Below are positions 35,542 through 49,034 of a stretch of 64,000 nt of DNA, in pieces. The position numbers were made by a program, and so were the translations under genes. The number at the start of each line of letters is the position of its first letter. Position 1 is the first letter of the stretch. Where the stretch lies: contig NW_003314279.1 of NCBI RefSeq assembly GCF_000143415.4, positions 1,040,091 through 1,104,090 of the forward strand, read 5' to 3'. The stretch comes from Selaginella moellendorffii. Taxonomy: Eukaryota > Plantae > Lycopodiophyta. The notes below the pieces were generated by a model, which did no database searches, was not told the DNA's origin, and was given only the letters and a program-made list of their open reading frames with translations.

Positions 35542-36513
35542 ATAGAGTCTCCAAGCCATCCTGATTTCTTTGCCGAAGTTCTTGCAAAAATCCAGTCTGA
35601 GAATACCGAGCTGAAGGCGACCCTTCTTCGCATGCAGCAGGAACTTGCTTCACTTTCGGCTCAAGGATCTAGCAAAGTTTCTGAACCGAAGGTGAGTTTC
35701 CCGGCGAAATTTTCAGGCAAGCGTTCGGAGCTTCGTGGATTCCTGAACCAAATGGAGCTGATTTTCGCACTTCAACGTCGGCGGTACCCCACTCTCGAGT
35801 CTCAAATTAGTGCGATTGGGACGTTGCTGGAAGGTGCAGCTTTGTCATGGTTTTCTCCTCTTCTGGAGAAGAGCATGAAAGGGGTCGTGGTTCCGGAGCT
35901 GATGGATCTTCAATTGTTCAAAGAGAAGCTCGAAGCATGTTTTGGCGAGACGGATCGGGTTCGAGTTGCTACCACAAAGATGAGACGTCTCTCTCAAGGG
36001 TCTCGTCCCGCCTCGATCTACGCTGCAGAGTTCCAACTCCTTGCCTTGGACACTCAGTGGGATGAGCAGGCCCTGATTGACCAATTTCGTTTCGACCTCA
36101 ACAACGGTGTCAAGGATTTGTTGCTCACCATGGAGGATCCTAAGGACCTGTCAGACGCCATCAACAAAGCTGTTTGATGTGACAACCGTCTCTTTGAACG
36201 TCGTCAGGAAAGTTGCCGCGCCACTGTTTTTCCGTCCCAGACTCAGGAATCCCAGCTTGAGTCTTTGGGGCATACTCCTGAACCTATTGCTCCAGTTCCG
36301 ATGGATATTTCTGGTACTCCCCGACTCATTAGAGGGAAGTTGAGTCCTGCTGAGAAGCAACGTCGAATATCTCATAATCTTTGCCTCTACTGTGCTAATC
36401 CTAATCACAAAGCAGCTGTATGTCCCAAGAAGCCTACCCGACTACTCGAGTTCACTCTGCCTCAAAGTCCACCTCTGTTGCAGTCGGGAAACAACCCTGT
36501 CCAAACAGAGTAG
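35542..36513 (+). pseudogene. gag: gag of element D (premature TGA at 36175; start probably ATG mutated to ATA)
   Basis: PAKFSGKRSELRGFLNQMELIF...LSQGSRPASIYAAEF...PMDIS...CLYCANPNHKAAVCP zinc knuckle. Confidence 0.85.
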
Positions 36514-36570
36514 GAGCTGTCTGTTTGGACTTCCCGAATAAAAATCACTTTTCTTCTTTATCAAGCTCCT
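36486..36570 (+). promoter_or_regulatory. -1 ribosomal frameshift signal: G GGA AAC plus predicted pseudoknot
   Basis: Slippery heptamer 36486-36492 in the gag frame, 6-nt spacer, perfect 11-bp stem 36499-36509/36520-36530, and loop AGGAGCT complementary to AGCTCCT at 36564-36570. The protease lies in the -1 frame. Confidence 0.8.
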
Positions 36571-36887
36571 CACCACCTTTCATCAAAGTCACCACCAATT
36601 CCCACAACATCCACGTCCCATGTCTCCTTTCTTTCACCGGACAATCAGGACTCAAGGCTCTGGCACTATTGGACTCGGGTGCAACTTTCTGCTTCATGGA
36701 CACGGACTTTGCTGCCCGACATCACGTTCCTCTTTCTCCTACCATACAGGATCTGAGGGTTGAAGGCATCGGCGGGCATTTTGTGTCTCCATCTTCTGGG
36801 CTTAGGGAAACGTTGCCCGTTCGAGTACACATTGGGTCCACCATCACCGATATCGCCTTCAACATCATCAATAGCAAGTCCTCCTTT

Positions 36888-39067
36888 AAGCTCTATTTCG
36901 TTAAAGTGGGATTTATTCAGTAAAATGGGACTAGGTACAAATTTTCAAGTATTTGAAAATGACGTGAAATTATATGTTTTTTGTCCAGGGGCTAGACATA
37001 TCTGGGGCATGGTGACTAGCGCGGTGACTTTGTGTCCAGACTGAGTCCATCTGGTTGTATAATAAATCTCATTGTCAAGGTGAACAAGCCGAATCTGAAG
37101 CTAAAGAAGAGCGATGGCATGCGCGCACACACTATTTGTTTGTTCATTGAGCGTGTGGTGAGCTTTCCAAGATGAACGTCATTCCTATTAGCCAGACATA
37201 TAACTTAATGGTGAGAACATTTAGATATTATTCAATGTTATCTTTTTCTAACGAATCTAATTGTGAAGGTGTAGCAAGAGGCATTGCTAGTCTGGAGAAG
37301 TCATTTAACTCATTTGACCCTTAGTGTATTTTCATGAAACTAAATAACATTCATATTATTAAGGAATTTCTCTAGTACCTTTTTTTTACGACATAGAGGC
37401 TTGCATTTCTTTCAAAGGTGATTTAGTAAAAGGCCTGAGGGCACATGCCATTCTATTTCTCAGACCGGTATTAAGATATACTAGTGCAAAGGGCCACATG
37501 CCATCACGCCTCCTCTGATTCAGATTCGGATTGTTCACCTTGAAATAAAATACATTAGAAACTTAGTAAAGGAATATTAATGAATCTCACCTTGAACCCG
37601 GGTTATGAATGCGATTGACCCCACATTGCAGAGGAGGGTATTTCCGCCCTTCACGTTTCCTCGACCAAAACCCTCTCAACGACCATCGGGAGCAACATTC
37701 GCTAATATTGTAGATGGTAAAATTGACTTGTACCATTTTTTATGCTGACGCATTTCATTTCAGAGTCACGGCGAAGGTACTGTATCGTTTTTGATCTGAA
37801 CGGTGTCCTTTTCTCCCATGAGCGTGGCTCGTCCTTGAATGTCATTGCACCCTCCAAAGCCTGCGGTCGCAAGTTGGTCAAAAGAGACAGATTCACATTA
37901 ATCACACGGGAGAAACTGCGGGATCTAATAATGACCATGCGACACTTAAAACAGAGGGCCGGGTTCAATTTGCAATTGGGAGTTTGGACATCCATGATGC
38001 GCCACAATGCATTAACGTTGCTACAGATGATGCACGATCAGACGCGAGTAATATTACCATTTGACTTTCTTCTAACACAGGAGGATTGCTTGACTATGGT
38101 CCATGTGAGGGGTAGCAAGCCCATCTTCGTCAAGCCAGAGGCTGTAGTGATGAACCGGACTGCTAGCTCAAGTGAAATCCTCATCATCGATGACTCGCCG
38201 ATTAAAACTGTAGCGAACACGCACACATATGCAGTGCACCCCATCTCTTGCAGTATGGAAACTAGGGAGAAGAAACCGTATGTTCTGGGGGACCTTGCAA
38301 AACGGCTTGGAGCGATGGTGATAGAGAACCGGCCAGTCCAGGAGGTGGCTGCAGAAATCAACCAAATGGCAGATGGAACGGTATATTAGAAGCCATTTGA
38401 TCGGACAGACACCAGTCATCATTTATGGCATGTATATTGTCTAGCCAAGCACTATCCGCATCTCCATAATCTGCTCAACCGGATGGGTTCTTCGACCACT
38501 GAACATGAGCGTGGACGTATTAGAGAAGAGATGGCATTACTATTGGGTTTAAATCCTGATAGTGTGGAGAGTGATGAAATTCCAAAATTATTGTATAGGC
38601 GTTGGAGGCAAAAAATAACAGTCTGAGATGGCATGTATTTATTTAAAAATGTAACTTATTATGGCATGGGGTTCCATGTCATTGTATTAATATTAAAAGA
38701 CAATTCTTTGAGAGGATTTGCATTATACTAGAAGTGTTACAGCATGTTATTGGAAGTCTACGAAGTTGTTTTATTAATAATGGGAAAGTAAAGATTGAAT
38801 GGGGACTTGGGCTCCACCTAGACTCGGAGCAACTGAGCCAATATTAAAAGGATGGAAAGAAATTGGACGACGATGACAAGGAGAAGAGAGAGGTGAAGCA
38901 GTGGCAGGGGGAGGAGAAGTGATTGAGTAGACATTTCCTTGTTTAAAATAAAATGCATGTGCCTCAATGCAGTTGAATTTTGTTATATTTATATACTATA
39001 TAAAGGTTTGGAAACCTTATTTTACAAGTGGGATAATGACAATTCCCACTTTAATGAAATAGAGCTT
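36888..39067. mobile_element. 2180-bp non-autonomous TIR DNA element with 24-bp TIRs and 4-bp TSD CTTT
   Basis: AAGCTCTATTTCGTTAAAGTGGGA ... TCCCACTTTAATGAAATAGAGCTT (23/24 match). Removing the element restores protease IINSKSSF-VVLGLPW. Confidence 0.88.
37605..38626 (+). CDS. FCP1/NIF-like HAD-superfamily phosphatase-domain gene carried by the TIR element; exons 37605-37716 and 37764-38626, in-frame TAG at 38387
   Basis: IVFDLNGVL (motif I), LGVWTS (motif II), FVK (motif III) and ILIIDDSPIK (motif IV). A 47-nt GT-AG intron with CTGAC branch site keeps the frame, which stays open for a further 78 codons after the TAG. Confidence 0.7.
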
Positions 39068-42000
39068 CTTTGTGGTGCTCGGTCTTCCTTGGTTCCAACT
39101 ACATCAGCCTCAGATTTGTTGGAAGGAATTACAGCTCCTCTCTCCCACATCACCATCTCCCACGGCTTCCCCTACTGTTCATCGAGTCCGAATCAGGAAA
39201 AGTTCCCTAAACTCCAATCGGGGTTCTGTTCCTGACTCTACGAAGTTTTCACCCGCTTCTTTTTCCTCTCTTCCATCTTACACTGGACAATATCCTCGTC
39301 TCATCATTCCATTTAGTCGTACGCCTTCTCCTATCTCCACAATCACTATGAAAGAACTCCTTCATGAAAAACCTCTTTTCCTTTTTGCTTTGCATGTTTC
39401 TCCTGTCAGTCTTCCTGAGAAGTATCATGATTTTGGGGATGTGTTTGACAAGAAAAAAGCTAGTGTCTTGCCTGTTCATCGGCTTTATGACTGTCCCATT
39501 GATTTACAGAAATGAGCGTCACCTCCATGGGGGCCTATCTACGGGTTATCCCCGTCCGAGCTTCAGGCCCTCAAAGAGTACGTGGATCAGAACCTTGCCT
39601 CGGGGTACATTCAGCACAAACAGTCCCCGGCTGGAGCACCTGTCTTCTTTGTCAAGAAAAAGGATGTGAGTTTACGGCTAGTCATCGACTATCGAGGTTT
39701 GAACAAGGTGACTGTTCAGAACCGTTATCCACTGCCCCTGATCTCGGACCTGTTGGAACGCCTCGGCGGTGCCCGCTTCTTCACCAAGATCGACCTCCGT
39801 GGAGCATACAACCTGATCCGGATCCGGCCTGGTGATGAATGGAAGACTGCGTTTTGAACCCGCTATGGCCACTTCGAGTACACTGTCATGCCATTTGGCT
39901 TGACAAATGCTCCAACAGTTTTTCAACACATGGCAAATGACATCTTTCGGGAGTTTCTTGATCAGATGGTGATTGTCTATCTCAATGACATCCTCATCTA
40001 CTCAAAAACTCATGAGGAGCACGACAAACATGTACGTAAGGTGCTGGCGAAGTTGCGAGAACACGGCCTATACGCGAAGCTTGAGAAATGTTCCTTCGAT
40101 CAGCAGTCTGTGGAGTTCCTTGGGTACATTGTCACTCCTGAGGGTATCACGATGGATCCTGCCAAAGTCAAGACTATTCTCGAATGGGAGCTTCCCCAAT
40201 CAATGTCGGACGTTCAGGTTTTCCTTGGCTTCGCCAACTTCTATCGCAAATTCATTGATCACTACTCTGACATTGTCCTTCCTCTCACGCATCTCACTCG
40301 CAAGGATGTTCCCTTCTCTTGGTCTGCTGCTGCCCAGCAGGCCTTCGACACACTCAAGGCGGCCTTCAGTTCTGCTCCCGTCTTGATCCATGCTGATCCC
40401 TCACAACCTTTTTTCATCAAGGCTGGCGCCTCCGACTTTGCCATTGGTGCTGTGCTGTCTCAATTTAGAGCGGATCAAGAACTTCATCTGGTCGCTTTCC
40501 ATTCTCGGAAATTCCAGCCGGTGGAGATCAATTACGAAATCCACGACAAGGAGCTCCTTGCTATTGTGGATTCCTTTGGAGAGTGGCGTCGTTTCTTGGA
40601 GGGGGCAGGCCATCAAACAACGGTCTGGATGGATCACAAAAATCTCGAGTACTTTGCCACTTCCCGAGTTTTGAGCCGTCGTCAAGCAAGGTGGGCACAA
40701 TTCCTGAGTCGGTTTGACTTTGTTATCAAGTACAGACCTGGAAAGCTTCAAGGCCTTCCTGATGCTCTTTCAAGGCGCTCCTATCTCAGTCTCAGGCCTG
40801 GTAATCCTGCCTTCGATCAACAAGATCAAGTTATCCTCGGTCTTGATCGGCTTCAAGTTATGGCAATTTCCCTGGCCCCTTAGGACTCCTCCTTGATGGA
40901 TGCGATCAGAAACGATCTTCAATCCGATGATCTCGCCAACGACATTTTCCCCCATCTTCAGGCTGGACACCCAGTGACTCCCGACTGCCGGTGATTTGAC
41001 GAGTTCGAGTTCTTAGATGGCTTATTGTACCGTGGGGAGCAGCTTTACGTTCCTGAAGGTGATGCTCGAAGGTTGGTTCTGATGGCGTGCCACGATAGCC
41101 CGACTGCTGGTCACTTTGGCATTGCAAAAACCTATGAGCTGGTTGCATGGGATTTTTGGTGGCCTCACATGGACAACTACATCAAAGCCTTTGTTACCTC
41201 CTGTGACACTTGCGCTCGGAATAAGGTACCTCGCCACCTTCCTTCAGGTTTGCTTCGATCCCTCCCAGTCCCTTCAGGTCCTTGGGAATCCATCTCCATG
41301 GATTTCTTGAGTGATCTTCCCAGTTCTGGAGGCTTCAACAGCATTTTAGTTGTGGTGGATCACTTCACAAAGATGGCGCACTTCCTGCCATGTACCAAGG
41401 AGTTTTCGGGCGAGGACATGGCAAAACTGGTATTCAGGGAAATTTTCCGACTTCATGGGATTCCTGCAGATGTGGTTTCGGATCGGGGACCTCAGTTCAT
41501 CTTTCATTTCTGGCAACGGTTTTTGCAACTGCTAGGAGTAAAGGCCAACCTCTCCTCAGCGTATCATCCTCAAAATGATGGACAATTCGAGCGAACGATT
41601 CAGACGTTGGAACAATTCTTGAGGTGCTTCATCAACTATCATCAGGATAACTGGTTCGATATCCTTCCCCTTGCTGAGTTCTCCTATAACAACTCTATTC
41701 ACTCCTCTCTTCGAGTTTCCCCCTTCTTTGCGAACTCTAGTCGAAATCCTCAATTTAATCTCTCACTTCCTTCTCCATCCGACTCCTCTTGTTCAAATCC
41801 CCGCTCTGAGGCATTTGTCTCCAACCTCCAGAAAATCCACAACTCCATCTCCTTCCATCTCCATCGTGCTCAAGAATCTCACAAAACATTTGCCAATATC
41901 CATCGTCAGGATTGTCCCCCTTACAATATCGGGGATAAAGTCTGGCTCCTCAGGAGAAATATCTCCACCACCAGGCCCTGTCCAAAACTCGATTTCAAAC

Positions 42001-45000
42001 GCCTTGGTCCATTCCCTATCACTGCCATCATTAATCCTGTCACTTATCGCCTTGCACTTCCTTCCTCATATCAAATTCACCCCGTTTTTCACTCCTCTCT
42101 CCTTGAGCCTTATATTCCCAGTCCTATTCCAAATCGGGTCATTCCTCCACCTCCACCAGTGCAGCTCGAGGATGGGTCTGAGTACGAGGTTCAGGACATC
42201 CTTGATTCCAAGATTTCACGGTCTAAACTCTACTATCTGGTCGATTGGAAGGGCTATGGACCTAAGGAACGCACTTGGGAACCTGCGGACAACCTGATTC
42301 ATTCTCCTGACCTTGTTCAGGACTTCCACCGCCGCTATCCTTCTCGTCCCAGTCCCCATTCTTTTTCTCCATCTCCCATCCCTCGCCGCTCATCTCATCC
42401 TCCTCTTCGTTCACATTCACGTCCTTATTCCTCTCGTTCTTGAGGAGGGGGTGCTGTCAGGAATCCCCCAATTCTTGCCACATTCCTGACTCTCACCGGA
42501 TTCCTGACCTGCAGACCACATTCTTGACTCTCGAGACACTTCTCTATTCCTGACTCTCGAGACACTTCCCTATTCCTGACTCTCTGATTTCCTATACGAT
42601 TCTTGAGTCTCAAGCCAGATTCCTGATGATGATGTGGCGCCTCCTCGACCTCAGCTATATTTAGGCCGTCCTCGATCTAAGAGTGGTGGAGCTTCATCAA
42701 CCTATAGTATATATAGGTTAGCCTTGTTCCATTTCTCCACAATCTAAATCAACACCAGTCTAAGGCCTTTTCTTTATTTCCACTAGCTTTTCTCTTTGTC
42801 CTTTGCATTTTCTAGTCTTGATCTTGTTGGGGGTCTTGACACAATCACTCTTTCAACTTTCTTTCACAAGATCCAACACTAAATTTATGCCATCGAGTCA
42901 TACACTTGTCTAATATAAACATAATACCCTAGGTCAAGATAAAAGTTCATGGACAAGCACAAACTAAATGACCACTCGAATCCAACTCAACCACAATAAG
43001 CTCACCAACACATCTAGTCAATAGCTCTAAGCATGTTTTGAAGAGGCTAACTATGTATGATTAACACTTAATTGAAACTAAAGTAAAGACCATAAGATAG
43101 ACTCATATTGATACACAACTTCCTCATAAACAAAACTATAGTACGGGTACTAACATCTCAACCTCAAACAACTAAGTTGAACATCACCATCCTCAACCAA
43201 AACACAAGGCCACCAAGACTAAGTCAAGATTAGTGAGAGCTCACTACTCATAGAGTTTAACTAAATGCAAGGTGCAATTTGCAACCAAGTACAACACTAT
43301 AGAAGAAAAGCACAAGGGTCACCTTTCTTAGAAAAGTGCAAACAGCCACTTTTTTACACCAACTCCAGACTTTATTTAACTCAATTGCCTTAGCCCCAAA
43401 ATTCAATATCCTTTTTCATGTCACATCATACAAACTACCTACTAAGGTCTAAACTAACCAAAGTCAACTCCAACCCCTTCACTAGTTTGTATTGGCTTAC
43501 AAAAATGGAATGGTTTTTGGGCAAAGTGATCAACAAATCAACCATTGGAAAAGTCTAAAAAAATTTGTGGAAAATTTTCCATCCTAGAAAAAGAATGATT
43601 CCCAATCCAGGAATATATACTTTCAAAACTCAACCAACTTCCTCCTACCTACAACTTCACATAGGTTCACTTTAATATAAATTCTCATGACTCATAATAT
43701 GTTTAAGCCTCGAACACCATGCCCATATTTTCGATATCCAACACCGACATCTGTAAAATGCAAAATGAACATCCAAGGCTTGATCATGAAGATTATATCT
43801 TTGAACATCCACATTGCACTACCACTCTTCTTCAACCACCTTCAAAATCTAATATGAAGCCAAAACACTAATAAAAAAATTGACATGGAAAATCAAGCTT
43901 TAAAGAAAATTCCTCATCACTTGAAATAACAATGCCACTTTCACTAACACAAGTGTTAGTAATATCAATGCCTCAACTACACACTTTCTCCATCCAAAAT
44001 TTACTCGAAGTGCTAACGGATCAACTAACAACCTATAGCAAATGAATGTTATAACTTTTTCCAACACCTTATAGGTAAACTCAAGGAACTAAGGAACCAA
44101 CTTAAATATAGCATAATGGATCACTATCAAGAATTTGGTCAAAGTTACTACAATGCTACTACTTGCAAGTAGACTAGTTTCACCATCAACCACTTTGGGG
44201 TTGATTATCGTTTGTCCAAGCAACTTTGTAAACACATTACTCACTATCATATGGATATGATATAAGTATCACAATGACTTGATCATTAATTAAGCAACAC
44301 CATGAGCAACACCCATGTTATTACTTCAAAGGTTTATGTGAGCATCAAGTGCGAACTTGATTTGACAAAATGCAACATAAATGCCACACTCCACCAATAG
44401 AGATTTACAACACCAAACACCACCAACTTTGTTCACAACATAGACAAGCTTATATTACTCTCTTTCTGACCAAACTCAAAACTAATCCCACACCAAACTA
44501 CTCAAGGAGCAATAGCAAGGTTCCCCGGAAAAAAATTGAGCATTGTAACCTAAGTCTTCAATAATAAGCCTAGATAAAATGGTTTAGAACTTTACCGTTA
44601 TCCATCCCATGATTCACCACTTGTAAGACCATCATAACCAACATGCATCAAGATAGGGACTCTTGATTGCATAATGTGAACACGAGCAATAAGTCACACC
44701 TCGTTGCAAATCATATTTCCAAGGAGAGAAAATGATTTACATGTTTGATCCTTTGTCCCTGATGACTCTTTTTTCAGTCTCATCTTTGACTAAACCTCAA
44801 GCTTGCGTTGGCATTGCCTTCAATCCAATCCAAGAAAAGTTTATAAGAGAGCACGACAATGACTACTTGAACCAATAAACTAATCCCTATAGTCTTGATT
44901 GATCTATTTATAATCATGCTTAGGAGGATCCACTAGTGCTATGCTAAACAACTACGGACTAGCCTATTGCCACTCATAGCAAACCCAGGGAAGGTTTACT

Positions 45001-45014
45001 TTCACCCACAGTAC

Positions 45015-45607
45015 TGTGAGACACAAAATCCCTAGGCCCCAAAGTGGAGCCGGAAGGGCGCCACATGGTAGTGGCCGAAGCGAGAGCCAAACGAGCGTAA
45101 CACGTTTGGACCAAAAGCTCCGACTTGAAAAGTCAAGAGCGGGAGTGGAACTCCCAACGAAGTGCTCGAGGAACGAGCACGAAGCGAGCAAAAGGCGAGG
45201 CTCCAAAAAGGGACCCAAAAGGACCAACACATGACACGTGGGAGTGTCCGAGATGGACTTTAGTTGGAGTCCGAAGTGGAGTCCGAGATGGACCCGAGTT
45301 GGAGTCCGAAGTGGAGTCCGAGATGGACCCGAGATGGAGTCTGAGATGGAGTCCGAGATGGAGTCCGAGGTGGACCCGAGATGGACCCGAGTTGGAGTCT
45401 GAAGTGGAGTCCGAGATGGAGTCCGAGATGGAGTCCGAGGTGGACCCGAGATGGACCCGAAATGGAGTCCGAGATGGAGTCCGAGATGGACCCGAGATGG
45501 AGTCCGAGATGGAGTCCGAGGTGGACCCGAGATGGACCCAAGATGGAGTCCGAGATGGAGTCCGAGATGGAGTCCGAGATGGAGTCCGAAGTCAAGACCG
45601 AGACCGG

Positions 45608-45639
<32 letters not shown>

Positions 45640-46747
45640 TCGGGACCAAGACCGAGACCGAGGCCGAGGCCGAGACCGAGCCCAAGCCCGAGTCCGAGTC
45701 CGAATCCGAGTCCGAGTCCGAGTCCGAGTCCGAGTCCGAGTCCGGAGCCTGAGAGGGTGAAAGCCCAAAGCGTTCATCTCCCAGACCCTGGGGGGTTTGG
45801 TGAGCTCCAAAAGTATAGTAGGGGGAGGACTGCAGTGGAGCCAGTTTGGCCAGGAAAGGCCAGTTTGGCCCAGGAAGGCCGGACCCAGTGTTGGGTGATG
45901 AGCTGCCCACTGGGAAGTCCAAGACTAGAGTGAACACGGACCGACAAGCGGGGTAGCTTGGTGAAGTGTTCAAGAGCCGGCTCTAGTTCCCCCGGGAGAT
46001 CGACTGGCCGATGCTCCCAGTCCAAGTGTGGGTGGCACTACCTACTTGGATACCTGGTGTGGCTCAACGGAACCCGCTCTAAGCCCATGGCTAGAGCACC
46101 CAAGGGCAGAAGGCGAGGAGAGTACCCACGTGGCTCGCGCAAGGCCACGGTGTTCCGAAATGTTGTCCCAAAGGCCCAGACTGTGGAAAGGAAGAGGAGT
46201 AGTCCTCTGGGGTAGTGACCAAGGACACAGTCGTGTGGTGAGGAAGTCCCAGAGGACTGTGGGACTTAGTGGTCGGGCCTGTGGGCCTCAATCCAGTGGC
46301 AGTGTTGGCAAACACAGCCAGGGGCAGAAAGGGACTTGGTAGGAACTGACAAAGGGACTTTGGGGAAGGCGATTCCCCAGGTCTGTGGGCATCCTAAGGA
46401 TGCTAAGGAGTGGATCTAGGATGACCACTCGTGGACACATGGCCCAGTCTTGGAGGGACGGGATGGTGATGCAAGTGGTATTGGACCACTAGTGCAGCAA
46501 AAGTGAATGGGCATGGCCTTAGCGTAACGGGCCGAGATGTCAGTGGTACCTTTGGGTGTTGGTCTTGGGACCGGACACGTGGAGCACTTGGACCAGGTGC
46601 AAGTGTTGAGTGGCAAGGATGCCATTCTCGGGGCTAGCAAGTCCCAAGTCCTGAATTGGACTTAAGGAGGTTGTGAGTGAGACTCCTCCAAGTGGTCGAA
46701 GGTGTGGTTAAGTGACTAAAGTAGAATGAAAAATTTAGTCCCTTACA
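45015..46747 (+). mobile_element. Solo LTR of family A (A3)
   Basis: TGTGAGAC...CTTACA with TSD AGTAC on both sides; no PBS or PPT. Confidence 0.92.
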
Positions 46748-48829
46748 AGTACATGGAACAACTCATGGAACCACCAATAGGCTAACATTAATCCTACCAA
46801 CTCAAAGTGTAACCTTGAGTTGCTAATGTGCCTCACTAACGAGTCCAAGCGCAAACTCATGCAAAATAGTATACCTCAAATCCATTCTATGAGCCCAAGA
46901 GCAAGCTCACATCATAAGGTACAACAAGGTAACCAAATCTATACCCAAGAAACAATTGCAAAATCTTTGCACCCAAATATGTACCCACTCAAATCATTGT
47001 TTTCATCTCTTCATATACAACAAGACTAGTTGCCCAATCTTATTGAATAGTACTTGCTGAAATGTATCCTCTGATACCAAATGTAACGCACATGGTTTTT
47101 ACCCTTTATTCTATGGTGATTTACCATAGGATAACACCATGAAGCGAAACTTAAACCTTCCATGTGCCATGTGTCATATGCCACGTCTCCAAAGGACAAT
47201 GGTGTGGAACCCGAGGTTTAGGGCCTTAGGCCACTGAACGAAGGAACGGTGCCAAACTCCCAAGCATGGACCAAGGAGTGATGAAACCAGATCACGGAGC
47301 AACTCCCGAGCATACAGCCCAAGGAGCGAAGGGCAAGAGCCCGAAACGACTTGGAACAGTCCTAGAGCAACCAGCATCCCAATGCCATGACAAGCATGCA
47401 AAATGGAGCCAAATGAAGTCTAACATTATTTCAGCATACTGGTGGCCTAATGCAAGGATATGGGTACTCCACCAGCTAGCATGGTGTGGAGCTTGGGCTT
47501 AGACCCAAGCCGGACGCAGAACAAGGACAAACACACAAGCAGGAGCTAAACGTCGGCTATGCCCGACCTACCCACTATCTCTACTATACATTTGAAACCC
47601 CCTATAGCCCACCCCCCCCCCACTGAGGAACACATGCTTTAGGCTTTCACCCCAAGCCACCTTTAGTACCAGGAATTAGTCTCTAGGACAAGCTCGAAAC
47701 TTACTAAATATGGAATGTCCTTAGATTGCGAATTTGGATATGGGACGAACACCCTTGTGTTCAGAACAATCTTTACATTCCGTAGATATGCCATATGAGT
47801 AAATCTGGATATTTTCCATAAATAGCATTTGGGACCGAAATGAGACTAACACAAAGGGCATGATAGCAAAGGTGTTTAACAGACACAATAAGCTATCATC
47901 CAGCGATATTAAGGGACTAGTCTTAATATGCAAGGGTTCTTGTCAAACTAGTGCAAGACAAAGCAAAAGAAAACTAAAAATCCAAGCCAAATATGCTTGG
48001 GTAAATAGACATTTAAAAATTCATTCCTTATGGTTGTGCGGCCAAGTACAGATGCAAAATCTAATTTACTAGCACTTGAACAAGAGGGACTAATAAAGGG
48101 TCCAACAATACCGACCTCTTGCCATCGTGGTAGTAAGGAAAGAGTGTCTGTAAGGACTGGCCGACAAGTAACTTTCGATACCCGAAATCACATTTGCGAC
48201 ATAGATGATTGCTTTGGGATTTCACCACATAACCTATATTAGTATTCGGACTCAAACTCGACCTTGGACTTAGTTGTAAGGAACCGACTCCCCGAGATGT
48301 CGTAGGATAAAGGATCTCCGAAAGCATGACCAAAATGACAAAGAGTTCATCGAATGGGACTGAGTCGAAGATCAAGTCCAAGACCGACTCCGAGACCAAG
48401 TTCGAGATAGAGTCCGGGATCGAGCCGAGGCCGAATCGGAGACCAAGTTCAAGACCGAGTTCGAGACAGAGTCCGAGATCCAAATCAGGTCCGAGACCAA
48501 GTCCGAGGTCGAGTCCGAAGTCGAGTCCGAGATCGGGTTCGAGATCGAGTCTGAAATCGAGTCCAAGACCAAGTCCGAAGTCGGGTCCGAGATCGAGTCT
48601 GAAATCAAGTCCGAGACCAAGTCCGAAGTCGGGTCTGAGATCGAATCTGAGACTAAGTCCAAATACTAATACGGATCAAGGGGTGAAAGCCCAAAGCATG
48701 CGTCTCCCAAGGGAGGGGGGGGGGGGGGGGGGGGCTCCAGGGGGTTCCAAAAGTATAGTAGGGATAGTGAGGTCCAGGAACCAGTCTTGAAGGAACTCTC
48801 CAGTGGGGCTTCCAAACCGACTTGAGATT

Positions 48830-49034
48830 NNNNNNNNNNNNNNNNNNNNNNNNNNNNNNNNNNNNNNNNNNNNNNNNNNNNNNNNNNNNNNNNNNNNNNN
48901 NNNNNNNNNNNNNNNNNNNNNNNNNNNNNNNNNNNNNNNNNNNNNNNNNNNNNNNNNNNNNNNNNNNNNNNNNNNNNNNNNNNNNNNNNNNNNNNNNNNN
49001 NNNNNNNNNNNNNNNNNNNNNNNNNNNNNNNNNN
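48830..49034. other. Assembly gap (N run) within the 5' LTR of B
   Basis: 205 N bases. Confidence 1.

Larger units (their letters stand above)
36486..42443 (+). pseudogene. pol: pol of element D (protease interrupted by a TIR element; RT, RNase H, integrase, chromodomain; several stops)
   Basis: LLDSGAT; [12 protein letters not shown]; [10 protein letters not shown]; YLND (mutated YLDD); [11 protein letters not shown]; HDSPTAGH...CDTC; ISMDF; SDRGPQF; GPF; EYEVQDILDS...YYLVDWKGY...TWEP. Confidence 0.9.
27466..42841 (+). mobile_element. Ty3/Gypsy chromovirus D, Tcn1/Tf1-sushi-like: 5' LTR 27466-27636 plus 35226-35441; 3' LTR 42455-42841
   Basis: TSD CAATC, 387-bp LTRs, PPT GAGGAGGGGG, and gag-PR-RT-RH-IN-chromodomain order. 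Confidence 0.93.
16264..48201 (-). mobile_element. Decayed LTR retrotransposon C: 5' LTR 47082-48201; 3' LTR 16264-16674 plus 24372-25084; internal region split by D and A3
   Basis: Two diverged ~1.1 kb LTRs, PBS TGGTATCAGAG (minus strand, about 47069-47079) and PPT AGGGGGGGAGAG (25085-25096). TSD is degenerate, no protein domains are recognisable, and the superfamily is not determined. Confidence 0.8.
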
